Below, one piece after another: positions 56,660-64,000 of a stretch of DNA of 64,000 nucleotides. The stretch is from Chitinophaga pinensis (lineage in GTDB: Bacteria > Bacteroidota > Bacteroidia > Chitinophagales > Chitinophagaceae). Location of the stretch: NCBI GenBank assembly GCA_945897185.1, contig CAMDFC010000003.1, positions 6,078-70,077 of the forward strand, written 5' to 3'. Both the position numbers and the translations under genes were made by a program. Positions within the stretch are counted from its first letter, which is position 1, and every line of letters begins with the position of its first letter. The notes under the pieces are model-generated. The model did not search any database, was not told the origin of the DNA, and saw only the letters and a program-made list of their open reading frames with translations.

Positions 56660-57901
56660 TTGAATTTGCCCAAAACACTACACATTTCAATTTTAAGGTA
56701 TTTTCAAAACACCCGTCTTAACTGGGTAGCTTTTTTATTGCTTTTTACCCTACTCTTCGGCGATTCCTCAGACTTAAATGCACAAAACATTAGTGGTCAG
56801 TGGATAGGAAATTTCACTTCGGAAGAAGACCCAGAAGGCAGTGGAACAGATTATGTATTGGAAATTGAATCCAATGGTAGTCAGCTTTCCGGATATTCTT
56901 ATACTTATTTTTCAATTGCCGGTAAACGGTATTTTGTCATTTGCAAATTAAAGGGAGTATACGACAAGGGAAGTAAATCGATGGTGGTAAGTGAAATTGA
57001 AACCGTCAAAACAAACACCCCTCCTAATTTTGAAAATTGCCACCAATCGCATCAACTTACCTATCTGAAGCAAAAAGACAAAGAAACAATTGTTGGAAAA
57101 TGGAAACCTTTTGAAAAAGGGAGTACTTGTGGTAAAGGATTTACAACGCTTGAAAGAAAATCATTGATCAAGGAAAACAACAATCCGGCTCCGGAAAAAA
57201 CAACTACAACTGTAAATAAATCCAATAAACCTTCTCCTAATCCTACGACTAAACCCACCACTGCAGTTCCAAAAAATCAACCAATTTCAAAATTAAATCC
57301 AAAGCAGCAAGTAGCTCCAAAACAATCTCCTAAACAAACTCCGAAACCCAAATTGCAGACCATTGCAAAAACACCTGTCCAAACTTTAGAGAAGCCCATT
57401 CTTGAGCTAAAAGATGAAATTTTACCAACTCCTCCAAGAGCTGCACAACAAACATTAAAAGATAATTTTTCAGAAAAGAAAAGTACGGAAAAACCTATTG
57501 TTCCATTTGAAGGAGGAAAAGCAAAAAACATACCCGAGAACACAAAGGAAAAGCTATCTAAGAGAACCTATCAGGTTATTAAAGTGATTGAAGTGAGTGC
57601 AGCTAGTATAAAAGTAGAAATATACGACAATGGACAAATAGATGGTGATGTGGTTTCAATTTTCTTAAACGATAAGCAATTGATATCCTCAAAAATGCTC
57701 ACGGCACAACCCATAACTATACAAATTAAAGTTGAGGAAAACGAGGATGTATATGACCTAATTATGTATGCAGAAAGTCTAGGCTCCATTCCTCCAAATA
57801 CTGCCTTGATGGTGGTTACCACTCCTACACAACGTTATGAGATCAACATTTCTTCAAACGAGCAGACCAGTGGTGCCATTCGATTTAAACTCAAAAAATA
57901 A
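56660..57901 (+). CDS. Hypothetical secreted two-domain protein with Pro/Lys/Thr-rich linker
   Basis: Signal peptide ending LNA-Q; N-domain ISGQWIGNF with three Cys; linker; C-domain IYDNGQIDGD...AESLGSIPPNTALM. Confidence 0.72.
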   Translation: MNLPKTLHISILRYFQNTRLNWVAFLLLFTLLFGDSSDLNAQNISGQWIGNFTSEEDPEGSGTDYVLEIESNGSQLSGYSYTYFSIAGKRYFVICKLKGVYDKGSKSMVVSEIETVKTNTPPNFENCHQSHQLTYLKQKDKETIVGKWKPFEKGSTCGKGFTTLERKSLIKENNNPAPEKTTTTVNKSNKPSPNPTTKPTTAVPKNQPISKLNPKQQVAPKQSPKQTPKPKLQTIAKTPVQTLEKPILELKDEILPTPPRAAQQTLKDNFSEKKSTEKPIVPFEGGKAKNIPENTKEKLSKRTYQVIKVIEVSAASIKVEIYDNGQIDGDVVSIFLNDKQLISSKMLTAQPITIQIKVEENEDVYDLIMYAESLGSIPPNTALMVVTTPTQRYEINISSNEQTSGAIRFKLKK

Positions 57902-57906
57902 AAAGC

Positions 57907-60276
57907 TTAAAATTTAAAATTGTAGGTGACTGAGGGAATTACAGGAAAAAGTGAAACCTGTTTCGCTTGCACTTCCAATGATCCATCAAAAGCACTTCCG
58001 GTTTGATCGAAATACAAGAAATATGGATTTCTTCTACTGTACGCATTGTAAATACTAAAATTCCAACTACTGGTTACTTTTCTTAGTTTCTTTGGAACAG
58101 GGGTATAGGTGGCTGATAGATCTAATCGGTGATATGAAGGCAATCGATATTGGTTGATCTTGCTGTATTGTTGGGTAAGTACTCCCTCAACCAGATAAAA
58201 TTTTTCCGGTAAAGACGTTGCGTTACCCGTTGCGTATACAAAGACAGCAGAAAATTTCCATTTTGAATTTAAATCATAAATGCCCACTACAGAAAGATCA
58301 TGTCTTCGGTCAAATTTAGCAGGGTATTTATTTCCTTTATTGAGCTCAGGGAACTTGCGCCAAGACCAAGCCAAGGTATATCCAATCCAACCCGTGAAAC
58401 GTCCTTTTGTTTTGTTAAAGAAAAACTCAGCACCATAACTCCATCCATTTCCAAAAACAAATTCCTCTTCCGGATCCTTGATGGAAGGGGTATATCCTTC
58501 TCGGTATTCAATTTGATTGTTCATGGATTTGTAATAGACTTCAATTGATGTTTCGTAGGCATTGTCGTTAAAGTTTTTGAAAAACCCAGCTGCATATTGC
58601 CACGACAATTGAGGTTTCACCCTAAATGTGCTGGGCACCCAAACATCGGTGGGTAAGGTAGTCCCTGAATTACTTACCAAATGTATATACTGTCGGTTTC
58701 TAGACACTGAACCTTTAATTGATGTTTCATCGTCCAATGAATACCTAAGCGTTGCCCTAGGTTCAAACCCCGAATAGAACTTAATTGGTTCTGCAGTTTT
58801 AAAGGCCACACTGTCTAAACGATTTCCAAAATTATCAGTAGTGTAATTGGTATACGGACCTACTTGTTGAAACCCACTCCACCTTATGCCATAACTCATT
58901 TTCAGATCATCTGATATTTCCCAATCATGTTGAACATAAGCTGCCATTTCGCGCGCATATTTAAGCTGTGCATTATTTGGATTGAACACAACACTGTCTT
59001 GCTGACCAGAAACTACTGAAGGTGAAAAACGATGAAAAGTATATTGAATTCCATATTTGAGTTTGTGTTCAGGGGTCAAATAATGATCTAAATCACTCTT
59101 AATATTTACATCTCTAATTCCACTTTTTAAAGCAAAGTTGAAATTGTTTTGCAGTGCACCCAAAGCAAAATCATAATCATTGTAAACTACAGTCGTATTT
59201 AAAAATAACTTATTACTGAAAACATGGTTCCAACGGGCAGTGAGTGTAGAATTTCCCCAAGGTATATTAACATCAAACTGACGCTGGTTATTTACAAAAT
59301 CAAATACATCCCTTCCAAAATATCCGCTGATGTAGAGCCTGTCTTTGTTTGAAAATTTATAATTGAACTTTGCATTTAAGTCATAGAAATAATAGCCTGA
59401 TCCATAAAACTGACTCCCTTTTTTGATAAAAGGTTTTACCAAAGCATCAATATAAGTCCGTCTACCTGAAACAATGAAAGAGGCTTTGTCTTTAAGAAGC
59501 GGACCTTGGACAGCCAAACGGGATGAAATAGACCCAATACCCCCTTCAGCTTGGAATTTCTTCATGTTGCCTTCTTTCATGGAGACATCCAATACCGATG
59601 AAAGTCTTCCACCATATTGCGCAGGCATACCTCCTTTAATAAGCGTGATGTTTTTTATTGCATCCCCATTAAAAACCGAAAAGAAGCCAAAGAGGTGACC
59701 TGAGTTATATACTACTGCATCATCTAGTAAAATGAGGTTTTGGTCTGGACCTCCTCCCCTCACATATAAACCAGAATTCCCTTCTCCAGCATTGGAAACG
59801 CCGGGAAATAGTTGTAAAGTCTTTAGCGGATCGATTTCACCAAAAATGACAGGGACCGACCGCATTCTACTCATTGATAGGTCAATTTGACCCATCTGGG
59901 CATTTTTTACATTTGCATCTCTTTTCTTGGTTGAAATAACAATTTCATCAGAAAGACTGCTTTTTGAGAGCAAGGAAAGGTTCAGCTCCTGGTCAGTATG
60001 TAGGCTTATTTTTTGTTCAAAAGGGAGAAAACCAATAAAACTGACAACCATATTGTACTCACCTTCTGATAAGGTCAAGGAAAAATAACCATACTGGTTG
60101 CTGTTTACCCCTTTCCCTGTCTCTTTGATTTGCAAAGAGGCCCCAATCAACGTCTCGCGGCTTAATGAATCCCTCACATACCCATTAATCGTAAATTTCT
60201 TTTGGGCGGAGGAAAGAAAGCATAAAAGCACAAAAAAAATGGAAAATAAAATCTTTTTCACAAGTTTCTTTAACAA
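57907..60276 (-). CDS. TonB-dependent receptor with carboxypeptidase-regulatory-like N-domain
   Basis: TINGYVRDSLSRETLIGAS, SNQYGYFSL, GEIDPLKTLQLFPGV, YVRGGGPDQNL, PAQYGGRLSSVLDV and terminal PSVTYNFKF. Confidence 0.92.
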   Translation of the reverse strand: MLKKLVKKILFSIFFVLLCFLSSAQKKFTINGYVRDSLSRETLIGASLQIKETGKGVNSNQYGYFSLTLSEGEYNMVVSFIGFLPFEQKISLHTDQELNLSLLSKSSLSDEIVISTKKRDANVKNAQMGQIDLSMSRMRSVPVIFGEIDPLKTLQLFPGVSNAGEGNSGLYVRGGGPDQNLILLDDAVVYNSGHLFGFFSVFNGDAIKNITLIKGGMPAQYGGRLSSVLDVSMKEGNMKKFQAEGGIGSISSRLAVQGPLLKDKASFIVSGRRTYIDALVKPFIKKGSQFYGSGYYFYDLNAKFNYKFSNKDRLYISGYFGRDVFDFVNNQRQFDVNIPWGNSTLTARWNHVFSNKLFLNTTVVYNDYDFALGALQNNFNFALKSGIRDVNIKSDLDHYLTPEHKLKYGIQYTFHRFSPSVVSGQQDSVVFNPNNAQLKYAREMAAYVQHDWEISDDLKMSYGIRWSGFQQVGPYTNYTTDNFGNRLDSVAFKTAEPIKFYSGFEPRATLRYSLDDETSIKGSVSRNRQYIHLVSNSGTTLPTDVWVPSTFRVKPQLSWQYAAGFFKNFNDNAYETSIEVYYKSMNNQIEYREGYTPSIKDPEEEFVFGNGWSYGAEFFFNKTKGRFTGWIGYTLAWSWRKFPELNKGNKYPAKFDRRHDLSVVGIYDLNSKWKFSAVFVYATGNATSLPEKFYLVEGVLTQQYSKINQYRLPSYHRLDLSATYTPVPKKLRKVTSSWNFSIYNAYSRRNPYFLYFDQTGSAFDGSLEVQAKQVSLFPVIPSVTYNFKF

Positions 60277-60315
60277 CGTTATTTAGGGAAGGTTCGGAAC
60301 AAAATTATATTGTGC

Positions 60316-60323
60316 TAACTTTG
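60316..60323 (+). promoter_or_regulatory. -7 promoter element (TAACTTTG) for the ABC-F gene
   Basis: Exact TAnnTTTG match 19 nt upstream of the ATG. Confidence 0.62.
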
Positions 60324-60342
60324 CGGCGCAATAAACAACATT

Positions 60343-62337
60343 ATGCTGGCAGGATTTCAAGATTTGACATTTGAATTTGGGGCAAGAGCCATCGTAGAAG
60401 AAGCAACCTGGCATATTCATCCAGGAGATAGAATTGGACTAATTGGGTACAACGGTACAGGTAAATCTACCTTATTGAAACTCCTTGCTGGAGAATACCT
60501 TCCCAGTGCTGGAACCTTAGAGCGGAGTAGAACTACAACCATAGGCTACTTGCACCAAGACCTACTCAGTTTTGATACTGATGCCAGCATCGTTGAAGTG
60601 GCTAAGGGCGCCTTTGAGCGTGTAATGGAAATTGAACAACTGATAGAAAAACTGGGCAAAGAACTAGAAGTTTCAGAGGATGAAAAAAAACTGATTCAAT
60701 ACACCGATTTATTACATGAAATGGATGTGTTGGATGGATACAATGTAGACCACAAAATAGAAGACGTTTTACACGGACTGGGCTTTAAACAAGAGGACCT
60801 TTCAAGGCCCTACAAGCAATTTAGTGGAGGTTGGAGAATGAGGGTTTTGTTGGCCAAGATGATATTGATGCAGCCCGATTTGCTTATGCTGGATGAGCCT
60901 ACAAATCACTTGGATTTACCTTCCATTGAATGGTTAGAAAAATACCTGCTGCATTACCAAGGTGCTGTGGTAATTGTGAGCCACGATAAATTTTTTCTAG
61001 ACAGGATGGTAAATAAAATTGTGGAGCTTTACCAAAGAAAACTAAATATCTATTCTGGCAACTACTCTTATTACGAAAAAGAGAAATTGATTAGAATGGA
61101 AATGCAACAAAGGGCATTTGAGAATCAACAGGATTTCATAAGACAGCAGGAAAGATTCATTGAGCGCTTTAAAGCAAAAGCGTCAAAAGCTGCGCAGGCA
61201 CAGAGTGTACAAAAAAGACTTGATAAAATTGATCGTGTAGAAGAAGCCTCCATTGAGCGTCCTAATATCAGAATCAATTTTAGTGTTGAAAAAACACCGG
61301 GTAAGGTGATCTGTTCATTGAAAAACCTAAGAAAAAGTTTCGGACCAATTCAAATTGCAGATGGGGCAGATGCGGAAATTGAACGTGGAGACAAGATTGC
61401 GCTAATTGGTGCTAACGGAAAAGGGAAATCTACCATATTGAGAATCATTGCAGATAGAGAAACTTTCGAGGGAGAGCGTATATGGGGACATAATGTAGAT
61501 GAAAGTTTTTATGCACAGCACCAATTGGAACACCTTAAGCTAGACAATAATATATTAGAAGAACTTCAAACCGCAGGAAGCAAAAAAACAGACATGGAAC
61601 TCAGAACTGTTTTGGGATGTTTTCTATTTAGTGGTGATGATGTAGATAAAAAAATTAAAGTACTAAGTGGAGGAGAAAAAGCAAGAGTTGCTTTAGCTAA
61701 AACCATCATCAGCAAAGCCAATTTCTTAATGCTGGATGAGCCTACCAACCACTTGGACATGCACTCTGTAGATTTACTCGCTGATGCGTTAGACAACTAT
61801 CAAGGAAGTTTGATTTTGGTGAGTCATGATAGGTATTTCATCTCAAAAACAGCGAACAAAATATGGGAAATTGTTGATGGAAAGATTGTGGAATTCAAAG
61901 GCGGTTATACAGAATGGGTTGAATGGAAAGAGAGAATGGAAAAAAAAGCCCTTGAAAATGAAAAAACTGTGGGTGGAAAAGATAAGTCAAAGCAGAAAAG
62001 TGGCAACGCAACTGATATAAAGCAAGAAGTAAAATCAAAGGAACCGGTTCAGATAAAACCTGAATCCTCAGTACCAAATAATTTGCCAATTGACAAGGAA
62101 AAACAAAAAGAGAAGAAAAAGCTTCAAAAGCAATTCGACGAAATTGAAATAAAAATAAGTAGTTTGAAGTCTTCTATAAAAGATGCAGAATCAGCTCTGG
62201 GTGATCCAGCAATTTATTCAGATCATGGAAAATTTGTGGAAGCTGAAAAGAAGTACAACCAGTTAACCAATGAGCTTCGCTCTTCAGAAAAAACGTCTGA
62301 AGAACTTTTTGAAAAGCTAATGGAATTGGGAGATTAA
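60343..62337 (+). CDS. ABC-F family ATPase (Uup/YheS-like) with C-terminal coiled coil
   Basis: Two ABC cassettes: GYNGTGKST/FSGGWRMR/LDEPTNHLD and GANGKGKST/LSGGEKAR/LDEPTNHLD; no TM segments. Confidence 0.94.
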   Translation: MLAGFQDLTFEFGARAIVEEATWHIHPGDRIGLIGYNGTGKSTLLKLLAGEYLPSAGTLERSRTTTIGYLHQDLLSFDTDASIVEVAKGAFERVMEIEQLIEKLGKELEVSEDEKKLIQYTDLLHEMDVLDGYNVDHKIEDVLHGLGFKQEDLSRPYKQFSGGWRMRVLLAKMILMQPDLLMLDEPTNHLDLPSIEWLEKYLLHYQGAVVIVSHDKFFLDRMVNKIVELYQRKLNIYSGNYSYYEKEKLIRMEMQQRAFENQQDFIRQQERFIERFKAKASKAAQAQSVQKRLDKIDRVEEASIERPNIRINFSVEKTPGKVICSLKNLRKSFGPIQIADGADAEIERGDKIALIGANGKGKSTILRIIADRETFEGERIWGHNVDESFYAQHQLEHLKLDNNILEELQTAGSKKTDMELRTVLGCFLFSGDDVDKKIKVLSGGEKARVALAKTIISKANFLMLDEPTNHLDMHSVDLLADALDNYQGSLILVSHDRYFISKTANKIWEIVDGKIVEFKGGYTEWVEWKERMEKKALENEKTVGGKDKSKQKSGNATDIKQEVKSKEPVQIKPESSVPNNLPIDKEKQKEKKKLQKQFDEIEIKISSLKSSIKDAESALGDPAIYSDHGKFVEAEKKYNQLTNELRSSEKTSEELFEKLMELGD

Positions 62338-62367
62338 GAAGAAAAACACTTAAAGAAAGTCTTAAAT

Positions 62368-62401
62368 AAAAGAGGGCTATCCATATGGACAGCCCTCTTT
62401 T
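62368..62401. terminator. Bidirectional terminator between ABC-F and tRNA-Arg
   Basis: AAAAGAGGGCT-A-TCC-ATAT-GGA-C-AGCCCTCTTTT. Confidence 0.85.
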
Positions 62402-62404
62402 ATG

Positions 62405-62478
62405 TGATCCCGATTGGATTCGAACCAATGGCCTACAGCTTAGAAGGCTGCCGCTCTATCCAGCTGAGCTACGGGACC
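62405..62478 (-). tRNA. tRNA-Arg (TCT), CCA not encoded
   Basis: Minus strand GGTCCCG TA GCTC AGCTGGATA GAGC G GCAGC CTTCTAA GCTGT AGGCC ATTGG TTCGAAT CCAAT CGGGATC A; TATCTTCG promoter-like element at 62496-62503. Confidence 0.97.
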
Positions 62479-62540
62479 AGAAGAAATTCAGTTTGCGAAG
62501 ATAATTTTTTTTAGATTGCAGACAAGAAAAAAGTGAAGTA

Positions 62541-63218
62541 ATGGATGTAAAAATTGCACCGGGTTGGAAAAAAAGATTGGAAAAAGAATTTAAGCAGGCT
62601 TATTTCGTTGATTTGGCTCAATTTTTAAAAAACGAAAAAGATAGTAAACAAATATTTTATCCCCCTGGACCATTAATTTTCAATGCTTTTAATCTAACAG
62701 ACATCAATCAAGTTAAAGTAGTAATTATTGGTCAAGATCCCTATCATGGCGATGATCAAGCACATGGTTTAAGTTTTTCTGTAAGGCAAGGAATTAAGGC
62801 GCCTCCATCCTTGGTGAACATTTACAAAGAACTCCATCATGACCTGGGTATTAAAAACGATAAGAATTTGGGCGACCTTAGCTCTTGGGCAACACAAGGT
62901 GTTTTATTGTTGAATGCTTCACTTACAGTGAGGGCAAATCAACCCAATAGTCATGCTGGCATTGGTTGGCATAAATTTACAGACAAGGTAATACAACTAC
63001 TAAACGACGAATTTGAACACTTGGTATTTATGCTTTGGGGTAACTTTGCAAAAGAAAAAGGAGCCCATATTGATTCAAGAAAGCATCTTGTATTGAAGGC
63101 TGCCCACCCCTCCCCTTTTTCTGTTGAAAAAGGATTTTTCGGATGCAAACATTTTTCAAAAACCAATGAATATCTTATGAGTCATGGTAAATTGCCCATA
63201 GATTGGATGATAAAATAA
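62541..63218 (+). CDS. ung: Uracil-DNA glycosylase (family 1)
   Basis: GQDPYHG, HGLSFSV, PPSLVNIYKEL, GVLLLNASLTV and AHPSPFS. Confidence 0.96.
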   Translation: MDVKIAPGWKKRLEKEFKQAYFVDLAQFLKNEKDSKQIFYPPGPLIFNAFNLTDINQVKVVIIGQDPYHGDDQAHGLSFSVRQGIKAPPSLVNIYKELHHDLGIKNDKNLGDLSSWATQGVLLLNASLTVRANQPNSHAGIGWHKFTDKVIQLLNDEFEHLVFMLWGNFAKEKGAHIDSRKHLVLKAAHPSPFSVEKGFFGCKHFSKTNEYLMSHGKLPIDWMIK

Positions 63219-63964
63219 GCACGTACATGTTAAAGAACATATTAGGAAGGGTCTTTACTGTTTGGGGTGGTATTGTGTTTATTGCGACAATGCTCATTTT
63301 CCTATTCCCTATTTGGGCCACCCGTTTCATGGCAGAGCCCAATAGAACCAAATGGGTAATGCAACTGTGTAGGTGGTGGATGGCAATTTTCTTTCCTATG
63401 AGTGGGGTAAGATTAACCATAAAGGGAAGAAGTAAATTCAAAAAAGGAGAAAATTATGTGGTGGTTTGCAACCACAATTCATTAATGGATGTCCCCCTAA
63501 CCAGTCCGGGTATTCCAGGTGCAAACAAAACCATTGCTAAAATCGAAATGTCTAAAGTACCGTTATTTGGTATTATTTACAAAAGAGGATCTGTTTTACT
63601 TGACAGGAAAAATGAGGAAAGCAGAAAGTCCAGTTACAATGAAATGAAGCAGGTGTTGGCGCAAGGCATGCACATGTGCATCTATCCTGAAGGTACAAGA
63701 AACAAGACCAACAATCCTTTGAAGTCCTTTCATGATGGGGCATTTAAACTATCATATGACACAGGAAAAAAAATGATCCCCTGTATAATTCGAGGAACAC
63801 GCAACATGTTGCCCATAGAAAAAACATTTTTTTTCTGGCCTGGAAAAGCAAGTATGGAGTTCCTGGATGCTGTTGATCCAAAGGACTTTAGCAGTCAACC
63901 GGCATTAAAAGAACATGTATTTAAGTTGATGTGGGATAACCTCAGCAAATCATCTAACTACTGA
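63203..63964 (+). CDS. plsC: 1-acyl-sn-glycerol-3-phosphate acyltransferase (start 63203 or 63227)
   Basis: CNHNSLMD (HX4D), IYPEGTR, FHDGAF and N-terminal TM helix. Confidence 0.85.
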   Translation: MDDKISTYMLKNILGRVFTVWGGIVFIATMLIFLFPIWATRFMAEPNRTKWVMQLCRWWMAIFFPMSGVRLTIKGRSKFKKGENYVVVCNHNSLMDVPLTSPGIPGANKTIAKIEMSKVPLFGIIYKRGSVLLDRKNEESRKSSYNEMKQVLAQGMHMCIYPEGTRNKTNNPLKSFHDGAFKLSYDTGKKMIPCIIRGTRNMLPIEKTFFFWPGKASMEFLDAVDPKDFSSQPALKEHVFKLMWDNLSKSSNY

Positions 63965-64000
63965 GTATAAAAGTACCTGGTTCTGTTAACTTTCAAATCA

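Noticed and set aside
18925-62478. tRNA-His or tRNA-Arg as integration sites for an island or prophage
   Set aside because: No duplicated tRNA 3' end, integrase or compositional shift seen; the flanks are core genes.
463-63441. Numerous 60-126 aa ORFs nested antisense or out of frame within long genes
   Set aside because: They lie wholly within well-supported CDS, lack motifs and promoter or initiation context, and are expected by chance.
63958-64000. Possible 3' end of a convergent minus-strand gene (DLKVNRTRYFYTQ*)
   Set aside because: Only 13 codons are visible; an open stretch this short is expected by chance and no motif is recognisable.
1-64000. CRISPR array, IS elements, toxin-antitoxin or anti-phage island
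   Set aside because: No regularly spaced repeats, terminal inverted repeats with a transposase, or defence-type ORFs were seen; the few intergenic regions over 100 nt are accounted for.

Overview
A 64-kb, AT-rich, densely coded core-genome segment of a Bacteroidota bacterium, most likely Chitinophagaceae (Sediminibacterium-like). This is inferred from protein families, TAnnTTTG promoters and Gln-starting secreted proteins. It holds about 55 CDS, mostly housekeeping and envelope genes: purC, trhO, rlmB, metK, prc, pcm, pgm, miaB, lptE, secG, mltG, malQ, rnr, lpxK, rsmD, infC, thrS, ung, three TonB-dependent/OM barrel receptors and several DUFs. It also holds RNase P RNA, tRNA-His(GTG) and tRNA-Arg(TCT). 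I saw no integrase, transposase, prophage, CRISPR array or defence island. The best second-look items are: (1) an unannotated 49-aa membrane microprotein with its own promoter; (2) a neighbouring secreted protein with four K-[AS]-D-x2-I-x3-[FM] repeats; (3) a half-size glycogen-synthase-like protein lacking KxGG, coupled to lipoprotein DUF4270; (4) a creatininase-family gene abutting a TonB receptor; (5) a split membrane Fe-S/CCG oxidoreductase with a SGCS-motif partner; (6) an Smr-family gene that appears to have lost its nuclease domain; (7) a palindrome over the miaB promoter; (8) probable leaderless operon heads; (9) many terminator-less convergent overlaps. All family calls come from motif recognition by eye; no database searches were run.
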